From positions 124,001-188,000 of the forward strand of contig NIVC01000671.1 of assembly GCA_002269645.1 (NCBI GenBank): a DNA stretch of 64,000 nt. The letters are read 5' to 3'. Source of the stretch: Macrostomum lignano (Eukaryota). The position numbers and the translations under genes are program-made. Positions 1 through 37,060 of the stretch are shown here, piece after piece (within the stretch, counting starts at the first letter, position 1; the number at the start of each line of letters is the position of its first letter). The notes under the pieces are model-generated. The model saw nothing but the letters and a program-made list of their open reading frames with translations, ran no database searches and was not told the DNA's origin.

Positions 1-2
1 TG

Positions 3-476
3 CTGGCGATCTGCTCGCCTGACAGGGGCCTCTTCCTGGTGTCCCTGGCGCAGCCCAGTCAGTGGAGAACCAGCCTCAAGAAGGAGAACCACAATCTGAG
101 CCGGCCGGTCCGCCTGGCCTGGAGCGGCTCCCGCCAGCTGCTCATCGTGCTTGACGAAGTCTTCATCGACAGATTCTGCGTGAGCACCTTCGAGATCGTC
201 ACCATGCAGAGCGGCGCGTTTCTGTTTCGCCAGGCCACCCTGGGCGACCCCGTTCGCTCCCTGGCCGTCCCCAGCGTGCTGAGCAGCAGCGGCGGCTTCC
301 TGCTGTCTGCGCTCACCGAGGAGGGGCCTCGGCTGCTGAGCGTGGCCGACGACTGCTCGGCTGTCAGCACCGTCGCGGACTGCCAGCTGCCTGCGGATGG
401 CGGCGCCGTCACCGACATGAGCTGGGCGGGGCGGCAGCTCTGGCTGTGCTGCGGTGGCAAGTTGATTGCGGCCTAA
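3..476 (+). CDS. 3' end of a gene truncated by the window edge; unknown product, possibly a beta-propeller-like region
   Basis: GC-rich open frame from base 3 (LAICSPDRGLFLVSLAQ...WAGRQLWLCCGGKLIAA*) ending TAA at 474-476, followed by an abrupt drop in GC. No family recognised. Confidence 0.55.
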   Translation: MAICSPDRGLFLVSLAQPSQWRTSLKKENHNLSRPVRLAWSGSRQLLIVLDEVFIDRFCVSTFEIVTMQSGAFLFRQATLGDPVRSLAVPSVLSSSGGFLLSALTEEGPRLLSVADDCSAVSTVADCQLPADGGAVTDMSWAGRQLWLCCGGKLIAA

Positions 477-559
477 GGCGCGTTCGGTTAGCTAAGCTCT
501 GCTGCTCTAACATCCTTGGTTAACCAATCAATCAGAGCGTCCGTATTTGGTTTGTGACT

Positions 560-1004
560 CAGATACCAGAGTAACTAGATAAGCCACTTAGCACATTTGC
601 GTGTAAGCTACTTTCAGTTCAGTAGTAAATTTAACAGAAGAATTTTATTGTATTTTTAAAGCCAAGGCTCATTTATTGGGTCTTAACAAACCACCCTAGC
701 TGAAAGCACCCAACCGCGTCTTTCCACACTGCCTCCGCCCCGCCCCGCTTCGCCCCGCCCCAAATTTTATTGCCTTTCTCAGAATTCCAGCCTAAAGCTG
801 CCATGCACATTTCAGTAGACTGGCTAATGTACATTATTGCTAACCAAGCCTGCACGCTTGGGCTTCTAAACTTACTAAGTCATTTCAGCTGCCTTTATTC
901 TTATAAAATAGCTTATGTGTTCTTATTTGCTACTGAACTGAAAGTAGAAAGCTGTTTCCTAAGTATATATGCCTGAGTGGCCTATCTATTTATCTTATTA
1001 TCTG
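560..1004 (-). mobile_element. MITE-like non-autonomous DNA element, copy 1
   Basis: Reverse-complement homologue of 10012-10440 and 54427-54852. Imperfect terminal inverted repeats (CAGATAC.AGA.TAACT.GAT...GCCACT / TGAGTGGCC.ATCT..TTAT....TATCTG) and inverted internal CTACTTTCAGTTCAGTAG / CTACTGAACTGAAAGTAG. Confidence 0.75.
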
Positions 1005-2159
1005 TGGTTTGGGAGAATTAAATAGTGATACAAAAGATAGTGAAACATTTAAAATATCTTGCTATCTGAGACTATGATTTCTGTTACCAGTAAATCACTG
1101 AGGCGGCTGATTCAACTGAATTTTCGTTAATAATGCAAAAATAACTTACGGTCCGATGTATTTGATGTTTTCAATCACAGTAGTACTGTCTTACAGAATA
1201 AAGTGTAATATATGGGGAGAACTCTACTATATTTAGCTATTTAATTTAACTACTTCCTGTTCAGTAGTTTAAGCGTAAAAAGCAACATTTATTTAACTAG
1301 CTCCACTACTAGTGAATTTTGATCCTCTTTTTAAGCTTGGTCATAGAAAAAACTTTTTTTCAGTCTTTTGCATTGGGAGATGCTTTCATAGTACACACAA
1401 AATGCGTCCTACTGACTGAAACTGGGATCGTAGCCTCCGCTTTTGCTTGTTTGAGCATTTTCATTGGTTGCTAATTCAAGTCTGGATAGAAAATACCGTT
1501 TTACTTCAATGATGCAGCTAAAAGCGCAGAAGTGCAGTCGAAAAATGATCAATAATTATTCCTTACTAATGACTTGGGGGCACTGACATGCGTTTTGTAG
1601 TCTTCTTTCTTACTGCTTTTTCAATTTTGGACGCACTACCGTAATAGTTTACAATTTTCTATTTTTTATTGCCAAATGATCTTAAAAATAATATAGATAA
1701 TTTCTTTACTACCCTACTGCCAGTAGAAATGCAGGAGTAATAAACGCGCAATTCAGTAAAACGAATATTTTTTTATATCTACAAGCTACATGTATTTAAT
1801 ATTGAGTCGTTCAATACCTCCCACTGCTTTAAGAAGCTTAATATTTATTTTTCAATTTATAGTAAAGTGCCTATGCGGACTATTAATATCGATTTCTTCT
1901 ATTAAAATTTCTCCTGTAATTTGTTTAGCGTTTTGGACAAGTAAAATTGCATTTTCTTTAGTTGGTGCTTTTCTAAAATCTGTAAGCAATCTCGCAATTC
2001 GCGTTTGTTTGTTTTGTGTTTTTGAGCTGCCTCCATAAGATATTGATCAATAAATTCCGAAACGTCCTCACGGTTTAAATATTGAATATTTATCATGTCA
2101 GTTAATTTTTGGGGGTTTTGCTTTCGTTAATAATTATTTATCTTTTGCATAAATACATG

Positions 2160-4050
2160 CATCTATGCCCCATTCCCCACCTTATCTATGCCCCATTCGC
2201 CACCCTATCTATGCCCCATTCCCCACCTTATCTATGCCCCATTCCCCACCTTATCTATGCCCCATTCCCCACCTTATCTATGCCCCATTCCCCACCTTAT
2301 CTATGCCCCATTCCCCACCTTATCTATGCCCCATTCCCCACCTTATCTATGCCCCATTCCCCACCTTATCTATGCCCCATTCCCCACCTTATCTATGCCC
2401 CATTCCCCACCCTATCTATGCCCCATTCCCCACCTTATCTATGCCCCATTCCCCACCCTATCTATGCCCCATTCCCCACACTATCTATGCCCCATTCCCC
2501 ACCTTATCTATGCCCCATTCCCCACCCTATCTATGCCCCATTCCCCACACTATCTATTCCCCATTCCCCACCTTATCTATGCCCCATTCCCCACCCTATC
2601 TATTCCCCATTCCCCACCTTATCTATGCCCCATTCCCCACCTTATCTATGCCCCATTCCCCCCCTTATCTATGCCCCATTCCCCACCCTATCTATGCCCC
2701 ATTCCCCACCTTATCTATGCCCTATTCCCCACCTTATCTATGCCCCATTCCCCACCTTATCTATGCCCCATTCCCCACCTTATCTATGCCCCATTCCCCA
2801 CCTTATCTATGCCCCATTCCCCACCCTATCTATGCCCCATTCCCCACCTTATCTATGCCCCATTCCCCACCTTATCTATGCCCCATTCCCCACCCTATCT
2901 ATGCCCCATTCCCCACCTTATCTATGCCCCATTCCCCACCTTATCTATGCCCCATTCCCCACCTTATCTATGCCCCATTCCCCACCCTATCTATGCCCCA
3001 TTCCCCACCTTATCTATACCACATTCCCCACCTTATCTATGCCCCATTCCCCACCTTATCTATGCCCCATTCGTCACCTTATCTATGCCCCATTCCCCAC
3101 CTTATCTATGCCCCATTCCCCACCTTATCTATGCCCCATTCCCCACCCTATCTATGCCCCACCCCCACCCTATCTATGCCCCACCCCACCCTATCTATGC
3201 CCCACCCCCACCCTATCTATGCCCCACCCCCACCCTATCTATGCCCACCCCACCCTATCTATGCCCCACCCCCACCCTATCTATGCCCCATCCCCACCCT
3301 ATCTATGCCCCACCCCCACCCTATCTATGCCCCACCCCCACCCTATCTATGCCCCACCCCCACCCTATCTATGCCCCACCCCCACCCTATCTATGCCCCA
3401 CCCCCACCCTATCTATGCCCCACCCCCACCCTATCTATGCCCCATCCCCACCCTATCTATGCCTCATTCCCCACCCTATCTATGGCCCATTCCCCACCCT
3501 ATCTATGCCCCACCCCCACCCTATCTATGCCCCATCCCCACCCTATCTATGCCTCATTCCCCACCCTATCTATGCCCCATTCCCCACCCTATCTATGCCT
3601 CATTCCCCACCCAATCTATGCCCCATTCCCCACACTATCTATGCCTCATTCCCCACCCTATCTATGCCTCATTCCCCACACTATCTATGCCCCATTCCCC
3701 ACACTATCTATGCCTCATTCCCCACCCAATCTATGCCCCATTCCCCACCTTATCTATGCCTCATTCCCCACCCAATCTATGCCCCATTCCCCACACTATC
3801 TATGCCTCATTCCCCACCCTATCTATGCCTCATTCCCCACACTATCTATGCCCCATTCCCCACACTATCTATGCCTCATTCCCCACCCAATCTATGCCCC
3901 ATTCCCCACACTATCTATGCCTCATTCCCCACACTATCTATGCCTCATTCCCCACACTATCTATGCCTCATTCCCCACACTATCTATGCCTCATTCCCCA
4001 CCCTATCTATGCCCAATTCCCCACCCAATCTATGGCCCATTCCCCAGCAT
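2160..4050. repeat. 23-bp minisatellite (ATCTATGCCCCATTCCCCACCTT)n with zoned variants
   Basis: Directly visible tandem array; the source of the three 640-aa pseudo-ORFs. Confidence 0.97.
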
Positions 4051-5560
4051 AAGCCCATTGAATCCAAATTTTTCATTCAGTTTTTAATAGCTTACATTTG
4101 CATGTAATGACGGCATATTTCAATAAGAAAGAGTTTAAACAGTAAACCTTCGTGGTTTCATGACCGTTAGTTACCATTTTTTACATATTTTAATTAATGA
4201 GCATACTACTTATAAAATAGTAGCCACTTAATGGCGAGTGAAATTGAGCTTATAATTTTTACTCCTTAACTACTGCAGTGTCAGTTAATTGGTTATAATT
4301 CCGAAGCTGGCATTCAGAATTGGGTCTGTCTCGTATTTACGAGCGTATGAAGCCCCAGTCTTGTCCCCCAGGGCTATTAGTGTGCGCTGCGTGAGAATGA
4401 GTTGAGAAGCAGACACTGAAAATCTGCTGGTTGCGACCTGAGAGAGAATACGGCTGAATATTTATATATATATTCATGCCCCTCAACTGCCTGAATCTTT
4501 CTTTTATTTCTCTCGCATTCCTTTACAGCCACGCCCTAGCTCGGTGACAGTAGCAGACTGAACTGCAGCATTAATATGGAGAAATATAACTTGCTTCTAC
4601 AATACATGCAATATGCATTGGCTGGTGTCATTGCTCTATGAATTTTGTGCAAACTTTGTGCGCTTTTCAACGCTGTATATACGAGTACTGGACTGTAGGT
4701 GAAGGGGGGGCGGTGCTGTGACAGTACGCCTGCACTGCTCACCTGTGCTCATGAGGGGAAGAGAGTCCGGGGAGAGAGGGGGGGAAGAAGCTCAAAGAGA
4801 ACTTGAAGACGAAGTCCTCTCTTCTGTTGTAGCCCTAGTTTTCCCAACCTCCCACCCACTGTAACTTTTCCTCCCCTTCCCTACCTCAGCTCAGATCTCT
4901 TCCTAACAAGCCAGATTGCGGCCTCATCATCAAAGACTCCCTTTTGATTTTCCTTATCAGCTCGTCGCCCCAGCTCTGCAACACACCGCTACATCGAAGT
5001 GAAACAACCTGGCTTCTGTTTGCCGGCCTTTGGCTTCTATTGACAAGGCAATACAAAAACTCAATGAACCAGAGTTTGTGTGTTATGCCTTGTCTGTGTT
5101 AGCTTTCCTTACTCTCCTCTCCGTAAGCCTGCAGCACTGCAGCCGTTGCCCATTGTCCCTTGAGCACAAGCAACAGTACTAGAAAAGTGGCATTATTCCT
5201 CTCCTTTTACTCTCTAGCTGTTCAGTAGGTGCGCGCGCGCACACACACACAAGCGTGCTGGCGCACACAAAGTCTGCTTGAGTCCACTCAGCAACGTCAG
5301 CCGACCCTGCAGCGAAAGAAACTCACGCCCAACACCCCTGCGCCCTCCTCAATTGTTGGAGTAGAAAAAATACCTTTTTTACAAGCTTCTCTGGGTGGAC
5401 TCAATCTTTCACCGCAGACCCGAGTAAGAACGAGGCCAGGCTTAAGAAGAGCTCATGCGAGCATCTTTGCACTCAGCGAACCTTGCCCTGTCTCAACTGA
5501 GCACTTCAGCCCTTCAAACTTCATCGGATTTCCAGCAGAGGCGGTTTCCCGGATCCCATC

Positions 5561-24388
<18,828 letters not shown>

Positions 24389-24529
24389 GGACTGCAACTG
24401 ACTGTTTACTGTTGAAGTGCTTTTTATAGCCCGAATCCCAACTGCATATTGCTCTAACTTAAAAATGTGCACCCAGTTTTTAGAAATAGGATATTGCTTT
24501 ATTTTCACACTGCAGTACCGGACATCCCT

Positions 24530-24830
24530 CACAAATCAGGTCGGTTATTTTTAGAAACAGGAGAACCCCGAAAATTCATATCGAATCAGACCGGCTATTT
24601 TTAGAAACAGGAGAAGCCCCAAAATCCAATCAGGCCGTCTATTTTTAGAAACAGGAGAAGCCGGAGAATCCATATCGAAACAGACCGGCTATTTTTAGAA
24701 ACAGGAAAATTCCTGAAATCTGTTACAAATCAGGCTGGTTATTTATAGAAACATGGAAAGCTCGGGAATCCCTGACGAATCGGGCTGGTCATATTTCGAA
24801 ACAGGAGCAGCCCAGGAATTCCTCACGATT
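24530..24830. repeat. Degenerate ~50-60-bp repeat with core GGCTATTTTTAGAAACAGGAG
   Basis: Five to six diverged copies downstream of the Ig gene stop. Confidence 0.7.
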
Positions 24831-27169
24831 CCATATCAATAAAAAATCCAAAAAAATATTCTATTGTTTCGAATCTTCCCTTCCAGCGTACTTTTTCCGA
24901 CCCTATTTTTATTTGCTGCTGTGAAAGAGCGAATTTCTGCGCATTATTGTTTAGTTATTTATCAAATTGATATTTTTGCATCCAACCATTAATTCTACTT
25001 ACAATAAGAGACAGCACATTTAGCTAGCTTATTTTTTGTGTGTATTTTTTATTAACATGCGCCATTATACCTTAATATATATGAACTTTAATATTATCTA
25101 ACAACTTTTTTCAGTTGTAATTTATGTAGCGTCGCTTCTATACACCTGCTTAGCAATACATAATTAATATTTATTCTTTGTGCGAACCCTTCAATTAATC
25201 TTAACAAATTAATATTCTACTAAGCAGGCCTATCATATGCGCAACAGTCCCTCTTCCAGTACTAATTAGAAAACTGAATTTTCATTTTATTTGAACTACT
25301 TAAAATGAACGTTCATTGCGATGTATATGTACAAATTTACAAAAATATTTGACAAGATAAAATGCACTGTCTGCATGCTAACTGTTGATCAGTAGTGGCA
25401 TAAGTTGTTAAACTTTTCACATTATTACTCTTCGTAAATGTGTGAGGAAAAATTACACGAACTTATGCTATGATTTTTTCCACAGGACAGATGAATGTAA
25501 AAAATTCATTATTAAATTCCAACTTTTTTGCTACTCCTTGCCGCCCACTTCATTGTTTCTTGTTATAAACAAACTAAATTCACATTTGCAGCTCTACAAT
25601 ATTTAAAAAAAAATTAGTGAGTTGTTCGTACTTTACAGTTTTCTCTGCTGGTTTTACACAATTAGTCTTGATCATTTTTTCTTTAGCACCATGGACACTT
25701 AAAAGCACAAACAATGTTAAATAAACCTTGAGAAATATCTATTTAACAACAGTGCAATGCAATGTTTAAATTTATCACCTGGAAAGCTCTGGAAAATAAG
25801 CAACTATAGAATAAAGTTGTGAGTTAAAAAATTTAAAATAAGTCAGTTATTGACCAATATCCCCGTTTGTATAATATGCATGCGCGTCCATCTACAATAC
25901 ATGTACGTACATAACAGTACATTGTACGTGTGCTGTACCGTCAGTGTTTTGAGATAGTACATCAGCGCTTCAGGACGAAAATTTCTGCTTCTATGCATCA
26001 TCAAAATTTTTATTTAGTCTTGAGTAAATACTGGCTCGATACCGCGGTTCCTTTAACGACCTTGTTCGTTCTCCCCTGTTTAAAAATTAACGAGTGAAAA
26101 TAAACAATCTCATGATTAATTATTGAAACTATTTGTGTTCAATGCTACTTCTAATACGAGCGCTAAATTGCAGTGCTATGAGCTTGTTGTTTTAAGACCG
26201 GGAACTTTCTAAGATTTGGGTTTTAAGGATCGTTACTTAAATCGACGGTCGACGTCGTTGTAGAGTTACAAATTTGAATTGTTTTCCGCGTCGTGATTTA
26301 ACAAAAGTAAAGACATAGTAAATATGAAAATTACTGAATAGCAATAATAAAATTTTAAATAAAAAAAATCAAATATAAACAGAAAATTTACATTAATATT
26401 TTTATTACGTCTTTAAAGAGTCTTTTAAGAGAATATTTAGTTGTTCCTAGAGCTTTTCAATTCTGATTTTTCGTCAGGTTTTTTGCTTCAAAACAGGTTT
26501 ATAATAAGAGTTGCTTTTGAATTGAGTCGCATCGTTAGATAAATTTTTAGTGTGAATTTTTTAGCTTGAATACATTGCAATATATGATAGCTACGTTACA
26601 CTGGCTGCAAATAGTCCGTCCGTAAAAATATTTAACTTTTTCTTTTTCAGCCATTCCATTACAGTTTAACATAAAACAGTGACAGACAGTAAAAGTAAAT
26701 AAAAGTTCTAAAGAGAAAGCTGACACTATCACTATGATCTCATCATCTCAACAATCATGGCCATTAAAAGAAGTTAGGCCTAAAATAACTGATGTGTTTA
26801 TATTTCTTTAACCTGCCTTGAAACAAAATTTAAACAGTGACATTAAACAGTTATTGAATTTTTTTATTTTCATTATTTTCATTTATTCCACATTTTCATT
26901 CCATTTTTCTACAGAATTTCATTCCATATTTCTACACAGGTACAAAAATATTTTTACTGTAATATTATGTATACTTGTATCGTATAATTTTGTTGTCTAT
27001 AGTTTTTTCATATTATATTTTTTATTTATTGAAAAAAACCATTTACATATTCTAGCACTTATAATACTAGGTTGACTAAAAGCCTAAAAACTCATATTTA
27101 CAGCTCTCGCTGTATCGACTGACCAGAAAGCAGAAAGCAGTTTTTTTATAAACAGAAGATTTCTCAAGC

Positions 27170-27664
27170 ATGAGCAAGGCCTTGCTTGTTCTTATAGCGT
27201 TAGCAGGTGAGAGTGAATATTGTTCGGTTCGGACCGATTTTTTTTCGCTGGAACTTATCACAGAATATTTTCCTCTGCAGCCTCCTCGCTCACCGCCGAT
27301 GCTCTCAACTGCTATGCTTGCTCAAGATGCAGCGCTTCCTTTAAAAAATCGCAACAGGCCGTGCTCTCAGACTGCACCCACTGTGCTGTGAGTTTTTGCG
27401 ACAGACACGATTTGTAACTCGTTAAAATTTAAATATCAACAACCATCAGCTTCTCTTGACTTGCAGCGTACAATTTACAAAGATAGCTCCACTGTCAGCC
27501 GGTACTGCGCCAGCTTCTGTGTATCGGGCACCGACTCCTTTGGCAACAGCGTCGATTGCTGCAACAACAAAAGCTACTGCAACTCTACCAGCCAACTCGG
27601 TGGCTTCCGCCTGACAACTCTGCTTTCGGGCTTTGTTCTCGCCGTCTTCTGCTCCCGGCTGTGA
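27170..27664 (+). CDS. Ly6/uPAR (three-finger) protein, predicted GPI-anchored, 113 aa (copy A)
   Basis: Exons 27170-27206, 27281-27387, 27467-27664 give MSKALLVLIALAASSLTADALNCYACSRCS...CTHCARTIY...YCASFCVSGTDSFGNSVDCCNNKSYCNSTS...LAVFCSRL: signal peptide, 10 Cys, CCxxxxxCN end motif, hydrophobic C-terminus. Confidence 0.88.
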
Positions 27665-27672
27665 GCCGGCTA

Positions 27673-28005
27673 TGATTGCTGCTTGAGTAGCCTTACAGCA
27701 TCTGTGCTCACTGTGTGATTGTTGCTTGAGTAGCCTTACAGCATCTGTGCTCACTGTGTGATTGCTGCTTGAGTAGCCTTACAGCATCTGTGCTCACTGT
27801 GTGACTGCTGCTTGAGTAGCCTTACAGCATCTGTATTCACTGTGTGACTGCTGCTTGAGTAGCCTTACAGCATCTGTGCTCACTGTGTGATTGCTGCTTG
27901 AGTAGCCTAACAGCATCTGTGCTCACTGTGTGTTTGCTGCTTGAGTAGCCTTACAGCATCTGTGCTGACTGTGATTGCTGCTTGAGTAGCCTTACAGCAT
28001 CTGTG
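27673..28005 (+). repeat. 43-bp minisatellite (TGATTGCTGCTTGAGTAGCCTTACAGCATCTGTGCTCACTGTG)n, 3' of Ly6 copy A
   Basis: About 8 units starting 8 nt after the stop codon. Confidence 0.95.
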
Positions 28006-28944
28006 CCAACTTTAGTAATCAACCTTTTAATCAACGAAGTATTCGAGCTCAGATTTGAGAACAGTTTCCAACTACCCAAATTTTGATTGTCTCGCCGTAT
28101 AAATCTTTTTAAGCACTGCATTTTTAACAGACATTGCACGTACCTCGTCGACATGGTGATTTGCATGTATCAGCAGATTTCAACAAAAAAATACATGTGT
28201 ACATGTGTACTCGAATAAATATTGGTTCCTACTCGCTTAAACTGGCCTAATAATTTTTTTGGTCATTCAATGATTCTCTTTACCTTCAGTTAATGATTCC
28301 AATGGCATATAAGAATTCCATGATGCGCCTTGACCTCCAAGGTCAACTGTAATACATTTTGCACTTATTTCGATTTATTGCATCAATTAAAATTCGAACT
28401 GTAAAAGTCAGAACATACTACTAACTGAATAACGGTCAAAACAGTGTTATGGATCTGTTCATTGTAAACTACGTTGGTTTTCAATTTAAATGTTGATGAA
28501 TATTCTGCTGACCTTACAGGCTTGTTGAAAGTGCACAATGGCTTCCTGGTGTACTGGTTAATTTCGACTAAGAAATTCATGCATTCGTGACTTTTTCGTT
28601 GAACAATCAAGAAGACATTTGCAATAATTTAAACCTAACAATATTTGCTTTCAGTGGCCAGTGGCAAGTAAAAGTTCCCAGGTATTGTTGCAGCTGCTGA
28701 ATGGAAGCCAACGGAACCTTAGATGAAACATTTTTAATCGATTTATTCTCGTACACACGCAAACCAAGCACTGTCAGATGCATTTCAATTCCCCTTTAAT
28801 GGTTCTTAGCGCTAAAGTACTGAAAATTGCTGACAAATTTCATAAATATATTTGTATTCGAATTGCAGGCACAAAAAATGAACAGTTTAAAATCTCTGTT
28901 TGAAGGCGCAAAATGCAGAATCAAAAAAGGTCGCAGAGTGGGGG

Positions 28945-29445
28945 TTGCTCAAGCAGCAATCACAGTGAGCACAGATGCTGTAAGGCTACTCAAGCAGCAA
29001 TCACAGTGAGCACAAATGCTGTAAGGCTACTCAAGCAGCAATCACACAGTGAGCACAGATGCTGTAAGGCTACTCAAGCAGCAGTCACACAGTGAGCACA
29101 GATGCTGTAAAGCTACTCAAGCAGCAATCACAGTGAGCACAGATGCTCAAGGCTACTCAAGCAGCAATCACAGAGAGCACAGATGCAGTAAAGCTACTCA
29201 AGCAGCAATCACAGTGAGCACAGATACTCAAGGCTACTCAAGCAGCAATCACACAGTGAGCACAGATGCTGTAAGGCTACTCAAGCAGCAGTCACACAGT
29301 GAGCACAGATGCTGTAAGGCTACTCAAGCAGCAATCACAGTGAGCACAGATGCTGTAAGGCTACTCAAGCAGCAATCACAGTGAGCACAGATGCTGTAAG
29401 GCTACTCAAGCAGCAATCACAGATGCTTTAAGGCTACTCAAGCAG
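28945..29445 (-). repeat. Same 41-43-bp minisatellite in inverted orientation, 3' of Ly6 copy B
   Basis: Reverse complement of the 27673-28005 unit; starts a few nt after the copy B stop. Confidence 0.95.
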
Positions 29446-29452
29446 CATTGGT

Positions 29453-29976
29453 TCACAGCTGGGAGCAGAAGACAGCAAGAGCAGCGAGCAGCAGCAGCAG
29501 CAGCAGCAGGCAGGAGCTGCGCAGCAGTCCAGTTGAATTGCAGTAGTCTTTGTTGCTGCAGCAGTAAATTCTGTTTCCAGACGTGTCGGTGCCTGAGACA
29601 CACATGCTGGCACAAATCCTACTGACAGAGTCGCTGTCAGCGTATTTATACTTCTGCGGGAAAAAATATCGCATTATAACGTACTTGATTACTAGATTAA
29701 CAGGTACGATTCCCTCTGCCATCAGTCCAGAATTTGTGCTGAACTCACCGCGCACAGTGAGCAGCCTGATTCCTCGTAGACATATTTTTTCTCGAAGTTG
29801 TCGCTACATTTCGAACAAGTGTAGCACTTTCTAGCGTCAGTGGCGAGTATGGAAGCTTAATGAGGTGGTAATTTTTGAATGTCATTGATTACTATACAAT
29901 TGCTGATAATATTCTCAATCATATTAGTTACTGATTAGTTACCTCCGAGCGCAAGAAGAAGCAGGGCTCTGCTCAT
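29453..29976 (-). CDS. Ly6/uPAR (three-finger) protein, predicted GPI-anchored, 113 aa (copy B)
   Basis: Minus-strand exons 29976-29943, 29855-29749, 29653-29453 give MSRALLLLALGASILATDARKCYTCSKCS...CSLCAKYKY...ICASMCVSGTDTSGNRIYCCSNKDYCNSTG...LAVFCSQL; same intron phases as copy A. Confidence 0.88.
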
Positions 29977-30669
29977 ACTGAAAGTAGAAATTAATTAAAA
30001 TTAGGATTTTTACTTTTTAGAAGCAGAGTATAATACTGTAGCGTACAAATGTTATAATGAATATAAACTAACAATAGAATGCTTAATTCAAATATTAAAA
30101 AAATCATATCAAAACCACAAAGCTATGTTCTTTGAATTTTTCTAGAAATATTTAAGGAGATAAAAAAATGGTATACAAAACTGCTTAAAATAAATATTAG
30201 CTGGTTAATGCGAAGTACTCGTAGATGTCGATTACTATAGATTTCTTTGAACGAGTTTTAACTTAAGGTAATCTTTTGTATTTTTTTATTAATTATCCAG
30301 TAACTTTATGAAATAAAGTTAAATAATATTTACATAATATTAATGTCTTTTTAATGTTTATAATGATGATTATCTGCCTGACCCATTCAATATACATACA
30401 CATTTTTAAATTATGAATAACTCATGCATCATTGCATACCTTCTTTTGTTTTCCTCTGACTTGAAAAAAAGTAAATATTTTATAAAACTGAGTTGAAACG
30501 CACCGGGTACAACAATTGATACAATACAACGCAAACAGATTCTTATTAACTTGTTATCTGAAATTTGACAAAAACAATATTTTTAAATAATGTTTTCTGC
30601 ACTACGCTCAACCTGTCTACTTTAATAACGTACAGCTGTTTCTTTTGTTTTATTGCGCATCACACCGTA

Positions 30670-31230
<561 letters not shown>

Positions 31231-31876
31231 CTTAACGTAAAAAGCAAGTGACATGCTTTTAGAAACTCCGAAGGCGAAGCTCCGAATTTTTCGCACAGGT
31301 CCGACGTGCCTACTTTTAAATATATGGTTTTTAGATAATTTCTATACAGTGCCTCAATGGAATTTTATAGCATTACGACCAAGGATCGCTGGTCCTTGAA
31401 TACGACTCGTAGTCAAGCTAGCTGTGTCAGGTTGCCATTACGATCGCTATTATTAAATGAAATATCTACGCTCTCTAAGAAGATTTGAGTGCCGCATTAC
31501 TGCATGAAATAAATTAAACAATATTAACTTCAAAACTGTTGTACATGTGAGTGCAGTACGAGAATATTTGCACATTTTTGTTTACAATTATAATTATTTT
31601 CTTGCTTCATACATAGCCTTAACGAAAGCAGTGAAAAAAGTGCGAATCTGTGTAGACTAAATATAGCTCGAGTATATATCCGTCTAGCCTTTACCGAGAT
31701 TGTTTATAAAGTCTACTGTGAATCCAGTTGATGGGTTCATTATTATACGTACCCTTGCATGTACATGTACATGTACATGTATAATTGCCAGTACTGGATG
31801 TCAGCTACTGGTACTACGAGATGAGTGCGCACGTACATATAAATCGGCCTCAAATACAGGTTTTACAGATGATCAA

Positions 31877-36321
<4,445 letters not shown>

Positions 36322-36360
36322 CTGTGAGCGGGCTGCAGTCTCTGCGCTCTCCCTCTACCC

Positions 36361-36368
36361 TTTATATA
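36361..36368 (-). promoter_or_regulatory. Candidate TATA box of aPKC
   Basis: TATATAAAGGG on the minus strand about 40 nt upstream of the ATG at 36321. Confidence 0.45.
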
Positions 36369-36527
36369 CAGTAGCTGGCTGCAGATACGCGAATTTCCTG
36401 TATTTGTGCTACTGATGACAGTAGTGAAAGTTGAGCATTACTTTAAAAATTTTGGTTGGAAATACAAAAAAATCTGAATGTGCTTCATCGTACTTCTCGA
36501 AGCCTGTCCATTCAAGCCTGTCCATCG

Positions 36528-37060
36528 TATCTCTCAGTGTGTCTCTCAGTGTGTGTCTCTCAGCGTGTGTCTCTCAGCGTGTGTCTCTCAGCGTGTGTCT
36601 CTCATTGTGTGTCTCTCAGCGTGTGTCTCTCAGCGTATGTCTCTCAGTGTGTGTCTCTCAGCGTGTGTCTCTCAGTGTGTGTCTCTCAGCGTGTGTCTCT
36701 CAGCGTGTGTCTCTCAGCGTGTGTCTCAGCGTGTGTCTCTCAGTGTGTGTCTCTCAGCGTGTGTCTCTCAGCGTGTGTCTCTCAGCGTGTGTCTCTCAGT
36801 GTGTGTCTCTCAGCGTGTGTCTCTCAGCGTGTGTCTCTCAGCGTGTGTCTCTCAGTGTGTGTCTCTCAGTGTGTGTCTCTCAGTGTGTGTCTCTCAGCGT
36901 GTGTCTCTCAGCGTGTGTCTCTCAGCGTGTGTCTCTCAGTGTGTGTCTCTCAGTGTGTGTCTCTCAGTGTGTATCTCACAATCTATATCTCACAGTCTGC
37001 ATCTCACAGTCTATATCTCACAATCAAATCTCACAGTCTGCATCTCACAGTCTATATCTC
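36528..37060. repeat. 14-bp minisatellite (GCGTGTGTCTCTCA)n between divergent aPKC and TMEM144
   Basis: Tandem array, degenerating at the right end. Confidence 0.93.

Noticed and set aside
1902-2096. 64-aa helical-looking minus-strand ORF in AT-rich DNA
   Set aside because: No consistent splice partners or recognisable motif; possibly decayed TE sequence.
2109-4107. Three overlapping ~640-aa Pro/His-rich ORFs
   Set aside because: Translations of a stop-free 23-bp tandem repeat in all three frames; no splice or codon evidence.
31757-31785. (ACATGT)n palindromic run, also near 63150 and 63500
   Set aside because: Short simple repeat with no further structure.
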